DNA of 63,603 nucleotides, the filler included, from Hyphochytrium catenoides (lineage: Eukaryota > Protista > Hyphochytriomycota): the NCBI GenBank assembly GCA_900088475.1. It is 11 parts of 11 records of this genome, joined end to end, with 100 filler letters (N's around TTAATTAATTAA, not from the genome) between each part and the next. Parts side by side here need not be neighbours in the genome. Positions count along the whole stretch, not along the records: positions 20,974 to 24,623 come from FLMG01002534.1; positions 24,724 to 46,752 come from FLMG01000442.1; 9 more parts are not named here. One strand, given 5' to 3'. The notes beneath the pieces were generated by a model. It saw only the letters and a program-made list of their open reading frames with translations, was not told where the DNA came from and made no database searches. Position 1 is the stretch's first letter. The number at the start of each line of letters is the position of its first letter. Below, one piece after another: positions 24,369 through 37,163 of this stretch. A program made the position numbers and the translations under genes.

Positions 24369-26094
24369 ATCACCGATGTCTTGGGTGGAGCGTTTAGTTT
24401 GTACAAGCTAACGCGCTTGCCTTTCATCGCAACCCAGAGCGGCGTCTGGCGCTGAAGCTCGTGATTATTATTGTCATCACGAGGCTGAGGTCGCTTCTTC
24501 CATCAGTAGCTCTTCAATCGTCGCACTGCTCTGGTCCTCCACTACGACATTTGGCCAGTCGATCTCGTCTTCAAGGGCAGGTGCGCTCGTCCATCTTGAG
24601 AGGCGTCCGAGGCGTCCGTATCGNNNNNNNNNNNNNNNNNNNNNNNNNNNNNNNNNNNNNNNNNNNNTTAATTAATTAANNNNNNNNNNNNNNNNNNNNN
24701 NNNNNNNNNNNNNNNNNNNNNNNGAGAGAGAGAGAGGGAGAGAGAGAGACTGAGTGAGAGAGTGAGTGAGAGAGTGAAGATGATAGGACTGATGCATTAA
24801 GGGAAGACGGGACGGGAGAGAGAGAGACAATGGAAGAAAGAGGAGAGATAAATAAGAGGGAGCTTCATGGAGCGAAAAGAAGAGAAAAAAAGAAGAGAGA
24901 GACCACAAAGAGAGCGAAGAGAGAGAAGAAGACGGAGAGAAGAGAGAGAGGAGAGAGAGGAGAGAGAAGAGAGGAAGGAAAGAAAGAAAAGAAGAAGAGA
25001 GCAGACATCGTTCTAGTTGTTGATTTTTATTAAAAAAATAACTTGATTTAAAAAAGAAGAAAGAACAACAGAAATGTAGGAGAGAGAAGGAAGAAGAGAG
25101 AAAAGACGAGGAAGAAGAAGCAAGAGAAAAGTAGAAAGAAGAGAAGAAGATAATAGGGAAAGGAGAGAGTGCGGAAGGAGAAGAAACAAAACAACGGGAG
25201 AAGACGAAAGCGAAGAGAGAGAGAAAAGGATCAAAAGCAAAGAGAGCAGAGCAAAGAAGAATAGGGAAGGAGAGACATGCCAGAGAAGAAAGACGATGAG
25301 AGGAAGAGAGAAGAGTTAAGGAAAAGGAGAGAAGGAAAGACAAGAGCAAAAAGAAATGAAGAACCAGGAAGATCAGAGACCCTGGGAGGAGACATGAAAG
25401 AGAGAAAGAGAGAGGGAGTCAGCTCCTGGTGGAAGGGCGGAGAGAGAAGAAGAGAGGAGAAGGCGAAAGGAGAGAAAGAGAATAGACGAGATGGAATGGA
25501 AGGAGAGGAACAAGAACTGACGGTCTTACAGAAGGTAAATCTATATGTTTGTCCTGCGTCCTGGTGATGTGAGCTCCAACTCTCTCTCTCTTTCTCTCTC
25601 TCTTTTTTCTCTCTTCTCTCTCTCTCTCTCTCTCTCGTTCTCCGTTTTCTCCTCCTCCGACGCTCCTTTATCTAAGCGTCTCCTCCTCTCTCCTTTTAGA
25701 GTGTGGGAACACGTCGAGTGGTCGGGAGAACTCCCAGCAGCAGAAGTAAAAGTTCCATTGTTGAAAGTTATTGAGTGAGAGGACGGTCTAACAGAGGCTA
25801 ACAATGCTTTCTCCCTCTCTCTCTGTCTCTCTCCCTGCCTCTCTCTTGTCTCTCTCTCTTCTTCGTCTCGCTCTTTCTCTCTCTTTCTCTCAACTCTGTC
25901 GTGGCGATAAAATTTTTCTTCCCTATCTCCTCCGGCAGAGCCAGATAAGAGAGGGGAAACGAGGTCAAGAAAGAGAGACGGTGGATGCTGCTCCAGCGCG
26001 GAGAGAGACAGAGAGACAAGAGTAGGAACGCCACGCCAGGACATCTTGATATGAAAGCAAAGCGGAGGAATGAGAGAGAGAGGGAGAGAAACGA

Positions 26095-26132
<38 letters not shown>

Positions 26133-26137
26133 ATTCT

Positions 26138-26343
26138 CTAGTATCCCTCTAGATGCCTGTATCCCGGCCAGTCCTCTGGCGCCTGGAATTTTGTTGCTCC
26201 CATCACTTTGAGAAGAGAGCGGCTGGGAGGATCCTCAGGCTTCAGCTCCAGCGCCTGTTGGAGAAGCTCTCGAGCTTGAGGCCACGCGCCTGATAAATAG
26301 AACTCCACAGCTATGCAGGAAAGGAAAAGACAAGATGGGGGGA

Positions 26344-26378
<35 letters not shown>

Positions 26379-27549
26379 GAGACAGAAAAAAGGTAAGAGA
26401 TAGGTAAAGTTATCACCGGGAGGCAGAACATAGGTTGAAGTAGAGAAGAGTTCACCGAGAAAGTTAGGTGGAGAAGGAAAGGAGGAGTAGTCTGAAAGAG
26501 AGAGGACGAGAGAGAGAAAGAGAGAAAAAGTGTAGTCTGAAAGAGAGAGAGAGAGAGAGAGAGAGACCTTCATTATAGAGAGGAGCGAAGCCCGGATGGA
26601 TGCCGATCTGGAGCTGAGAGTACTGCGGATCACTCTTAAAGTCCACTGACCGCTGTGCCCCTGTAGGTCCGATCTGAGGGAAAATTCGAAGGAGTGAGCG
26701 TACGCGAAACGAAGGGAGAGAGAGAGAGAGCTCATGCCCTGTGAAGAACAAGTTGAAAACAACAGTTTTCTCAAGCCAGAAAGGAGAGAGAGAAAGAGAC
26801 AGGGAGGTCTCTGCCGGAAAGATGGGAGAAAGAGAGAGAATATAGAGAATATATTCGCAAGAGGCAGACACACAGGGAGAGAAAAATGAGAGAAAGACTG
26901 AGATAAAGACAGAGAGCAACAGAGAGAGAGAGAGCAACAATAGAGAAAGCATAGACGGAAACGCTCTCTTCTTGGCTTACTTGAGGAGTCCCAAAGCCTC
27001 GAACAGGGTTGGGCACATCATAGGTAAACACCGTCATTGGCATGTCACAGCCAGCAACCTATGCGTGAGAGAGAGAGAGAGAACAGAAGAAAGAGAGAGA
27101 GAGAACACAGGGACAGTGAGGGAAAAGAAGGAGGGAGAGAGAAAAGAGAACAAAGGGAGAGAGAGAAAGAGAGATGTGAGTAAGCACACAGTAGAGAGAA
27201 GATTATACTAATCATAGCTATAATGGGTAAGGAAATCACGAAAGAGAGAAAGAGATCAAAGAGGGAGAAAGAGAGAGAAGGAACGAGAGAGCGTAGGAAA
27301 AGAACCTGCGGAGAAAAGCAATCGACTCGCAGGCAGAGAGAGATGTACGACTAGCAGAGGTTAGAGAGGAACGAGAAGAGAAGAGAAGAGCATCACCTTG
27401 ATCCTATCTAACTTCCTAAGATATCTCCTCGCGTCAGGAGAGAGAAGTGCCACAAACCAGTGAGACAGTTGCACAGGTACCCCAAAGATCTTGGAACCTG
27501 CTTCCAGCCTATCAGCCTGGGATCGTGAGAGAGAGAGAGTGAGGGGAAG

Positions 27550-27580
<31 letters not shown>

Positions 27581-30063
27581 AGAACAGCACGTGGAAAAGT
27601 GAGAAGCAGGGAAAGAGAGAGAGATCAAAGAAAAGCGAGAGAGAGAGATAGGGAGAGAGGCAAGGAAAGAAAGACATAAGAGACGGTGAGAGAGAGAGAG
27701 AGAGCGAAGGCTTTACCATGTTGACATGGGGAGACACGTATGTCGCGTCAATCTTATATCGTGAGCCTATCACACCCTCGATCGCCCAGCCCACGTGCAT
27801 ACCAAAGCCCATTTTGACCTGAAGGAGAGAGACATGAGAGAGAGAGAGAGTTAGAGGAACAGCGGTGGTGTGCCTGGTGAGAGAGAGACATGAGAGAGAA
27901 AGAGAGAAAGAGAGAGAGTCTCCACCTTGAACCCGGGTCCGAATCTGCTCAGAACCTTTGGATTGGCGGCGTACTCGGTCAGTGTCCCCGCTTTATTAGC
28001 GTTGTCAAGGTCCACTAACGCCTTCAGGAAGCCCGTCAGCGCGCTGTCTGCCATTTCTGTAGGAGTGATAGCTCGGACACGTTTCCCTGCTCCAGAGCTA
28101 GGAGGACATCTATGGCATCAGGAAGAGAGAAAGAGGCGGGGGCAGGGAAGGGGCGGGTTGCGAGAAGAGAGAAAGACAAAAGGAAGGGGGAGAGAGCAAG
28201 AGGGAGGGTGGAGAGGAGAAAGAGGAAGGGGAGAGACACAGAGAAGAGAAGCGAGAGACGGAAAGAGGGAGAGAAAGGAAAGAGCGGCGGGGGAAGAAGC
28301 GAGAGAGAGAGAGAGAGAGCGGGAGGGAGGAGAAGAGAGAGGCGGCGAAAGGGAGGCGGGAAGAGTGAGAGAAAGAGGGCGAGAGTAGAAAGAGGGAGTG
28401 ACAGTTAGTGAAAAACAAAGAGAGAAGGGAAGAAAAGCAGAGAGAACGAGAAAGAGGGAGAGAGCGAAAAAAGCATTAAGGGGAAGAGCATGAGAAGAGG
28501 AAGTGAGAAAAAACGCATGACAGAGAGATAGAAGAGGGAACAGAGAGGGAAGAAAGAAAGAATCTATGGAGCAGCGAGAGCGTAGACAATCCATGCTTTA
28601 CTTTTTTAGATTCGCCTTGCGCCGAAGATCTTCGTTAGGTTCGTCTGAGAATTGCCCAAAGCCTGAGAGATCCATTGAAGAGAAGAGGAAGAAGAGAGAG
28701 CTTTTTCAGGCTAGGCCGGGTTATCAATGACAGGAGGGAGCCATAGAAAGAGAGAGAGGACAGAGAGAGAAACAAAGAGAGAGAATCCATTGATTAAGAA
28801 GACTTAGCAATAAGAAGAGGGAAAAGGGGAAGATGAATAGGAGTAGAAATAATACAAGCGCTAAAGAAGAGAGAGAGGAGTGAGGAGCGAGAGGGCAAAA
28901 GAGAGAGTAGAGAAAGAGACAGAGAGAGAATAGAGAAAGAGAGAGAGAGAGAAAGCTAAGAACGAGAGAGGAAGACCAGAAGCCAAGAGGGATTCAGTCT
29001 GATGGAGCAGTTCGGACCCTCGAGGACTCCATCGCAAATTTTCCAGGAGAGAAGGAACGCATCTCCCGCATTCCTGTTGGCCATTCCATAGTAACTGTGA
29101 GCGCAACCGTGCACGATCGCCCCCAACTTGTTCACATAGACCATCACCTTGGAGAAAGAGAAGAGAGATAGACAAACAGAGAGTGAGAGAGAGAGAGGCA
29201 GAAAAAACAGACAGGAAAAGAGAGACGGAGAGGGAGAAAAGAGAAAATGAGGGAAGAACAAATGAGGAAAGCGCGCGAAAGCAGAGGCAGAGCAGCATGA
29301 GACAGCGCAGTGGCAGGGAGAAGAGAGAGATACATAGAGAGAGAAACGAAGAGAGAGAGAATGGCAAGAAAAGTGGCCGTCTCCTACCTCCTCCTGCAGG
29401 CACTCGGTGGTATCCGTAAACTGTCTGATGTCGCAGAAGCCATAGATTGCAGTGATCTTTTTGCCTGGAGAGCAAAGTACGGAAGTGTACGAATGAGAAG
29501 AGATGGAATGAATGAGAGAAAAGATAGAGAGAAAGACGAAAGAGAGGGAGAAAGAGCACCACAGGGTGTTGGAGAGAGAGAGAAGACAGAAAGAGTGTAG
29601 AGGAGAGAGAGTCCTTAAGTTTTCTGTTGCCGCCAAAAGTGCGATGGACAGACAGCGTCAAGTGGAGATACTGGGGGAATATGAGAAGAGATGACGAAGA
29701 GAGACATATGTAGAGAGAGAGAAAGAAAGAAGAGAGAGGGAGTGAGAGAAAGAGAGAGAGAGACTTAGATTGAAAGAGAGAGAAAGAAGAGAGAGAGAGA
29801 GACGCACCTGGCACCATGGGGTCCACTTCACCGCCTCCGCTAACATTTTTGCCTATAATATCTGCCCCCGCGGCTCCGAAGCCAACCTGCATGAGGGCGC
29901 TGATCTTCAGCATCGTCTGCTCCAGTAGAGCTGTCTCAAACCTAGTCTTTTGACTCTATCAGGGGAAAGATAAAGAAAGAGAGAGAGAGAGAGGGAGTGA
30001 GAGAGGGAACGGATGAGAGGGAGTGGGAGAGGGAAGGGATGAGAAGAACAGGGGAAGAGAGAA

Positions 30064-30094
<31 letters not shown>

Positions 30095-31342
30095 TAAGCG
30101 TAAAGAGAGAAATTGCAGAGGGAAGGCACATAGAGAGCACAGATGAAGGGGCCAGCGGGAGCAGAGACCCAACAAGAGAGGCAGAGATTCCATAAGAGAG
30201 GAGACACAGGGACAGAGAGAGAGAAAGAGTGGATGGACAGAGATAGAGAGAGAGAATGATGGGAGTTGATGGAGAAAGAGAGAGAGAAAGTATGTCCGTA
30301 AAACGCGTGATTAGAGCATCTAAGGTCGAAAAGGCTAAGCAGGTATAAACCAGGAAAGCCTTGTGATGTACCGCAAGCGGGGAGGATGAAGAGTTGAGGA
30401 GCTAAGTGAGTGGAATAAGAGTCAAACAGACAGAGACCAACAGAGAGCAAGAGAGAGAGCAAGAGAGAGAGCAAGAGAGAGAGCAAGAGAGAGAGAGAGA
30501 GAGAGCAAAAGAGAGAAGAAAAGAGCAGGCCCCGAAGAGACAGAGAGAAAGAGAAGAAGGTTGAGGCTACCTTCCTTCCTCCATTCTCTTCCACCGCCGT
30601 TGGTTTGAGAGTCGCTAGTGGATTCCGTGCCAGCTTGTTGATCAGCTCAGACTAATGGAGAAGAAAGAGAACAGAAAATGATGTACACATGAGAGAAAGA
30701 AAGAAAGAAAGAAAGAAAGAGCGCGCGCGAGAGAGAGAGAACCCAGACGCAGAAGAAAAGAGACCCAGACGCAGAAAGAGAGAGACCGGACGGGAAAGGA
30801 CTGTTAACACAGATTGGAAAAGACTACTTTCTTCCGATCATGTCGGGGGACCGCGAGAAGAACAAGGAGATGAAAGAGCACTGCAGAAAGTTTAGACAGC
30901 ATTGGGGACAAGAGAGAGAGAGAGAGAAAGGGAAAGAGAGAATGAAGCTCTTGGTGGCATCAGCGTTGGACAAAAAGGCGCTAAAACGAGAGAGAAGAAA
31001 AGAGATGAAACCAAAGACTAACGCAGCGAACCTCAGATAGAGGAAAGAAAGCCCCAGAGGGACAACGAGAAAGAGAGAGAGGGAGAGAGAGAGCACACCC
31101 TAGACAGCTGAAATGAGAAAGACCTACCATCCTCTCGATGGGAGCCACGACTAGGTCTTCTGAGACCATAGAGAAAGAGACCGCAGCTACCGCAAGGACA
31201 ATGATCACAAAGAAAGTCTTTCCAATGCTCCGCAAGGCGTCCGCCTTGTTCGTCTCGCTAACGTCTAACACTACGTAAGAGTAGGAGCAATCGCCAANNN
31301 NNNNNNNNNNNNNNNNNNNNNNNNNNNNNNNNNNNNNNNNNN

Positions 31343-31382
<40 letters not shown>

Positions 31383-33532
31383 GCGAGAGAGACAGAGACA
31401 GGAAAAAAGAGAGAGAGAGAGAAGAGAAGAAGGGAGTAGAGGAGAGGAGAGGAGAGAGAGTGTGTGAGCAAGAGCTGGAACATCGCACAGGGACAACGAG
31501 AGAGAGAGACAGTGATGCAGGCTCTCGAAGTCACATGTCAGGAGGTACTGACGATGAACGCTAGAGGTTTAAAGAAACGAGAAGGGGGAGAGAGAGAGGA
31601 AGTAAGAGAGAAAAAGAAAGAGAGATTGACAAAACCAATTGCTATTCTCTCTCCTCCAGCCTACCATCGCCTCCTTCACGGTGGCTTTCATGTTGCTGAA
31701 CCTCCAGCCCGTCTTCGGCTCAACCTCCAGTGGATATTCTCCTGTCTCTGGATCTTGGAAGCGCAGCTGGGAGAGGATTTGTGTGGAAGGAATAGGAGAA
31801 GAGGCATTTTCATCCACGCCAGAGAGAAAGATGTTCACTACGCGAGCTTCACAGTTCTCGACATAGCGCTGTTTGCGAGCAAAGTGCAGGAGCGTGAGTG
31901 CGGAGAAGTGGGAGAGAGAAAGAGAGAGAGAGAAAGAAGGAGAGAATAGAAAGATAGAGAGCGAAGGGCAGAGAAAGAGAAGAGGGATTTGGGCTATAGA
32001 GGTCCCAAGTAAGAGGTTCCTCCTGGAGTACCGAAGCAGGGAGATAAGACAGAGATAAGTTCAAACGAGGGGATGCAGGAGAGAAAGAACAAAGGGGGAG
32101 AGATGTTTCTTACTCTTTCTCTCTGTCTCTCATCATCTCTCTCTCTCTCTCCCTCTCTCTCACCTGCAGTTCCATGGCAAGCACACCTCCCACGCCCGCA
32201 GCCGTGAAGGAGAGACGATGCAGATCAGCGATTCCATTCGTTTGATAATCATTTGTCTGTCCCCCGAAGGAGCCGTCGAAGAGAGGAAGAACGACAATGA
32301 GAAGAAGAGTAATCATGATCACTCTCTGGGTCGTTCTTTCTGACATCGCCTTCCCCACTTCACTGGGCTCTGCGGTGGGAGTGTCATCCTCTTCTTCCTC
32401 TGTGGGAGAGACATGAGAAGAATCGTTAAAGAGACAAGCAAGAGAGAGAGAGAAAAAAAAAACGAAAGAGAGAGAGAAACAAAGAAGAAAGTACGCTTAC
32501 TAGCCTTACAATTGCGTTATACAAGCGAGACATGGAAGGAGATACATGCGAGAAGAGTCCAAGACCAAGTCAAGGAAATGCCCAGAAGAAGAAGGAGGTA
32601 AGAAAAGCCCTCTCCCAAAGAGAGAGAGAGAGGGACGGAGAGAAGATGCGCAATACACAGCAGGTGAGAGATGAAAGATCAGAGAGAGAGAGAGGGATCA
32701 GCAAAAGAGAGGACAACATCTCTCTATTTACCTATCTCACTCTCTCCTGTCACGGTCGCTGCTTTATAGAGCTTCACAATGCGGATCATCCTGACGAGCC
32801 TGATGATCTTCACCACTCTTCCAGCCTTAGATCCCGCTCTTGAGATCTTCACAGAAGAGAGAACGGCGCTCGGGCTCGCGGAAGAGCCATAGAAAATAGT
32901 CTGCCAGATCCATCCCACGTCCGGGATAATGGACGCGGTAGAGATGAAGTCAAGCCAGAAGTAGAAGCTAAAGATGTAACCAGGCTTAGCGAAGCAGTTG
33001 CAGCACCACTCGAGAGAAAAGATGATCAGTCCACCGAGAGAGAGACCGAAGAAGATGTCATCCTCTTTCTTCGAGTACGCTGCAACCCTAATATCGTCTC
33101 CTATCAGACAGTAGACTGTGTACAGCGTGATGATTACGTTGTAGATCTTAGAGTCAAGAGTGCTCAGAATCTTTTTCTTGACCTTGAGAGCGAGGTTGGG
33201 CTTCTTATGTTTTCGATGGTGCTTCTTTTTGCTATGATGGCCGTGCGCTGGCTTAGCGGGTGCTGGGAAGAAAGAAAGAGAGAGAGAGAGAGAGAGATGT
33301 TAACCGCGGTAAGAGCAGACTGCAGGAGAGAGAAAGTCAACAGAGACGGAAGCTGAATAGAGATTGTTTTGCGATCTAGACAGAGGCATGGGGAGAGAGA
33401 CGAAGAGGAGGGCACCACGGTTCACAACCTAGAGTAGTCAGAAAGACAAAGCTGAGTGCACGAAGCGCGTGCGAGAGAGAGAGAGGGAGAGGGAGAAGAG
33501 ACAAAAGAGAGAGAAAAAGAGATGGAAGAGAG

Positions 33533-33571
<39 letters not shown>

Positions 33572-33905
33572 TAATCAGAGAGCAGAGAGAGAGAAAAGAG
33601 AGAAAGCACAAGGATACTTCGATTACCGGCCTGAGGTCCGGCGACAGGACCTTTGGTCTCCTTCGCAGGCGCGACGGCTGGAGACAAGAGTTAACTCAAC
33701 GGTACAAAGGGAGGACCTCGGCAGAGAGATGACGTGTAGGGAAGAGAGAGAGCTAGATTTGACTAAAGAGAGAGAGACCCTGAGAGAAAGACAGAGAGAG
33801 AAAGAGTAACGAGCATTGATGAAGGGCGGCACAGAAGCGTGAGCAAAAAGACTTACCAGCAACCTCAGGCCCATCGGCTGGCTGGACACTTGCGGTGGAG
33901 CTCAT
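26138..33905 (-). CDS. Voltage-sensor/ion-channel-domain class III adenylyl cyclase with C-terminal TPR-like helix (Paramecium AC / Plasmodium AC-alpha type), ~15 exons
   Basis: S1-S3 helices (YFWLDFISTASIIPD) and S4 SRAGSKAGRVVKIIRLVRMIRIVKLYK. Family motifs VGKAMSERTTQRVI, LVVAPIERM and ETALLEQTMLKISALMQVGFGAAGADII. Cyclase motifs GFCDIRQFTDTTECLQEEVMVYVN, NAGDAFLLSWK and MGFGMHVGWAIEGVIGSRYKIDATYVSPHVNMADRLEA. C-terminus YLSGAWPQARELL...APEDWPGYR. The start exon is inferred. Confidence 0.95.
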
Positions 33906-33933
33906 CTTTCTCTCCTAATCATCAGCAGTTCTT

Positions 33934-33968
<35 letters not shown>

Positions 33969-34519
33969 TTCTCTTCCTCTGCAACCGCCACTAATCGCTA
34001 CTAGACCGTCCCTTGGCGCCGCTGGCGGTGCGATCCCTAGGAAATTTTAAGCTCTTTGCAGGGGAGACTAAGAGAGAAAAAATGAAGGGAGACAGCCACA
34101 GATAAAGAACGAAAAGGAGACTGCGAGCAAGGAGACCTTGCAACTCGAAGGCAAGGAAGAGCTGGCGCTGCGTGTGCTTATGAGTAAACTTTGATAGCTG
34201 AGCGTGTGACCGTGGCCATTTGCTCTTTCACCTTGCCTTCTTACTGTATGACCTAAAGACTCTTCTCTCCCTTCTCCCTACTTGCTTCTCTTTCTCTGTC
34301 GAAAGGACTTGGCTGGACTTCCTATCGCTGTGTTTGCCCGCTCACTGGTCCTAGGGTATTGCTCTCCGACGGCTGATCTTTACCGCTTCTCGTCGCTCTA
34401 ACTACCAGGCGTTGAGTTCCACAGGCCAGGGCCTCGTTATTCCTCTCTTGTGGCCCTGTTCTCTCTCTCTCTCTCTTCTCTCTTCCTCTTTCTCTTTTTC
34501 TTCTCTCTCTTTTTTTCTT

Positions 34520-34551
<32 letters not shown>

Positions 34552-34575
34552 TATTTCTGTCTCTCTCTCTCTCTG

Positions 34576-34651
<76 letters not shown>

Positions 34652-35275
34652 TCTCTTTCTTTCTCTTTCTCTTTCTCTCACTCTCTGCCCCACCCCTCCT
34701 TTTCTTCCAAGCTTCTTTGTAAGTCTCTAAACTTTGCTCTGTCTCTCATGTCACTCTGTCACCCAACCTCGCTGTATCTCTGTCTGGTCTGCTATGTCTC
34801 TCCGTCACTCTGTCTCTTAGGTTACACACTGTAGAGCAGCGCACAGTAACGGACATTCCAGACAAGACCTACAGAGCTAAGATATTCCCAATAGAGGAGC
34901 CTCTATTCTAAACATAGTTATGGAGAATACACTGTACATGTACAGTGGAACAACATATAAGAGGATGTATCTCTGGGCTCTATGAAAAATTCTCTAGAAC
35001 CCCTTTAGCTATAGTGGCTCAGCCTGGTGGGATTGTTTCCTTAGGCATTGGGCTATAACATGCAGAAAGCGGTTTTTCCATAGCTAACTCGGTTCTGGAG
35101 TTCTGGAGTTCTGGCATTGAGAAGCTCATGACCATCATCCTCGATGCCTCCACAGTGCAGACTTCAGCTCAGCAGCCATGAGCCAGATCGCTGCGCAAGC
35201 CGCACCCCTTTCTGACTAGTAGGTGCTGGGTTCATAGACCTCTTCTCGCTAAAGAGATATCTGTTATATCCCAAT

Positions 35276-35971
35276 ATGCCCAGCAGCAGAGCGGCAGCAC
35301 AAGCCGCAGCCATTGCTATTGAGAAGCAATATGAAGTGACCCACAAGAGGGGAGGTGTTCGAGAGAATGCTGGCCGCAAACTTGGCGGCATGAACCTGAA
35401 ACAGCGGAGGTTAGCATCCAAATTAGCCAACAAGGAAGCGAAGATTCGCCTTCAAAGGACTACTCGAGCGCTTAAACGAAACTCAGTCCGAGGAAAAAAT
35501 GTGCGGAGAGAAGAGAACCATGCGCAGGTGATGAGAGAGGCCAGGTTACGGTCCAGGCAAGAACGATGGTTAAAGGAGTGTGCCACAAGACAGAAGCTCA
35601 TAGAGTCTCTTGGCGAAGCTGTGAGAAAGGTCAACTTTGACAACCTACTGGTGAAGAGGCAAATATCTCGTGGCGACCAAGAAGACCACGAGGAGGAAAA
35701 CGAGCAGCTAGCACCACCACCACACCGCCTTGCTACTACTACTACCTCTTTATCTCAGTATCAGCTAAAGAATCTTATTTGGAAGGCCTCAGCTTTGTGC
35801 CAGCTCTTCCGGGAGCTAAACATGTTTGAGCAGCGCCCAAAGCTGCTGGCCGTGGCAAAGGTGGTGGGTTTGAGGACTACTCCTGTCGTTCACCCTCGGA
35901 CGCTCCTACTATGGCGCAAGAGTTTCATTGATGATGGCTTCAAGCTAGTGCCGTCTATGCGAAGCCGCTAG
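35276..35971 (+). CDS. 231-aa basic ORF, possibly the truncated N-terminus of a DDE transposase
   Basis: RGGVRENAGRK motif and an HTH-like end (VAKVVG...HPRTLLLWRKSFIDDGFKLVPSMRSR) resembling Tc1-type transposase N-termini. No catalytic domain follows. Confidence 0.4.
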   Translation: MPSSRAAAQAAAIAIEKQYEVTHKRGGVRENAGRKLGGMNLKQRRLASKLANKEAKIRLQRTTRALKRNSVRGKNVRREENHAQVMREARLRSRQERWLKECATRQKLIESLGEAVRKVNFDNLLVKRQISRGDQEDHEEENEQLAPPPHRLATTTTSLSQYQLKNLIWKASALCQLFRELNMFEQRPKLLAVAKVVGLRTTPVVHPRTLLLWRKSFIDDGFKLVPSMRSR

Positions 35972-37163
35972 TGGAGTAGAGAACACTGTCGTTTTACAGT
36001 GTTTGAGCAGTAAACTTCGTTCAAATTTTTTTATCCTTACAAGGAGAAGAAGAAGAAGTAGAAGAAGAAGAGACAAGGAAAGCTATAACGCCTTGGTCAC
36101 GGCCTCCTCTCCATCTCCTCCACGCTCATCATCATCAGCAAAGGAACAATCATCGTGGATCTCCTCAGTGATATAGGGGAAGCAGGAGGAGGAGGAGATG
36201 GAGCACCAACCACAATCTTGTCACCATTTTTACTTCTTCCGTTGATCTTATCGTGAGAACATGTCCTCTCTTCTCCTTTGTATTTCCTAGTAAAAAGAGC
36301 ACCAAGACGAAGATGAAGACGAGGAATAAGAAGAAGACGAGGAGAAGTAGGGTAAAAAGAGGACGAAGATGAAGAAAAAGATGAAGAGGAGGAGGGATCT
36401 GGAAAAAAAGTAGAAAGAAGAAAAGAAAGAAGCGTAACTGTAAGAAGAAAGAGAAAGTGAATATCTGTGTAAGCTGCCATAAGATCTTGATAGACTCTAT
36501 AATTGTTGACATCTGCCGGTCCTAAGCTTCTGCTAGGCCGAGCCACTGCCTGGTAGTATTGCTGAGTAGGCACAGAATCCCTGGAAATCTTTCTTTGTTG
36601 CGGAGGCGAGGATTGCAGGCTGAATTCTAAGAACATCACGTCAGCACCCCTTAAGTATCATGAGGGCTAAGGACGCCAAGGAGTTGCCTGTATCGGCATG
36701 ACAGGGAACAGACTTAGTTGGTGAACTCAGAGTGACAACCTCCAAGGAACAGTCAAATGCAGCCCAGCCGAGAGATTGTGGGCTGGCTCTCCACGCAGTG
36801 CAAGGAATGCGTTCATGCCGCGAGAAAGAGTAGTAGTACGGGTTAGCACTCGGCAGTGCTTGATAATAGGATTACAGCTGAGCAGTGCGACTAGTGATAA
36901 ACACTTGCACCCTATCAGACGGATATCCCCACCACCTATATACAAGTCATCGAAAGCGCTATTATCCTGCCGTGACTGGAGACATAAGCCAATCCAATTG
37001 AACGAGCTGTCTGGGTCTTGCGCTGGAAGGCTTCCGACAGAAGCTGCTGCAGATGAGAGCTGCCTCTCTATTCATCTTCTCGACATTATAGCTGACCGCG
37101 TGAAAAGTAGCCACCGTTACATATAGCTTCTGGGTTGGCTTGGACAGATTTTAGCGCCAGGTC

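Noticed and set aside
24724-26050. Possible minus-strand gene starting MSWRGVPTLVSLSLSAL
   Set aside because: The frame is broken in microsatellites and no domain was recognised.
36097-37126. Hydrophobic or Ser-rich ORFs
   Set aside because: They are antisense readings of GAA/GAG-rich low-complexity DNA with no motif support.
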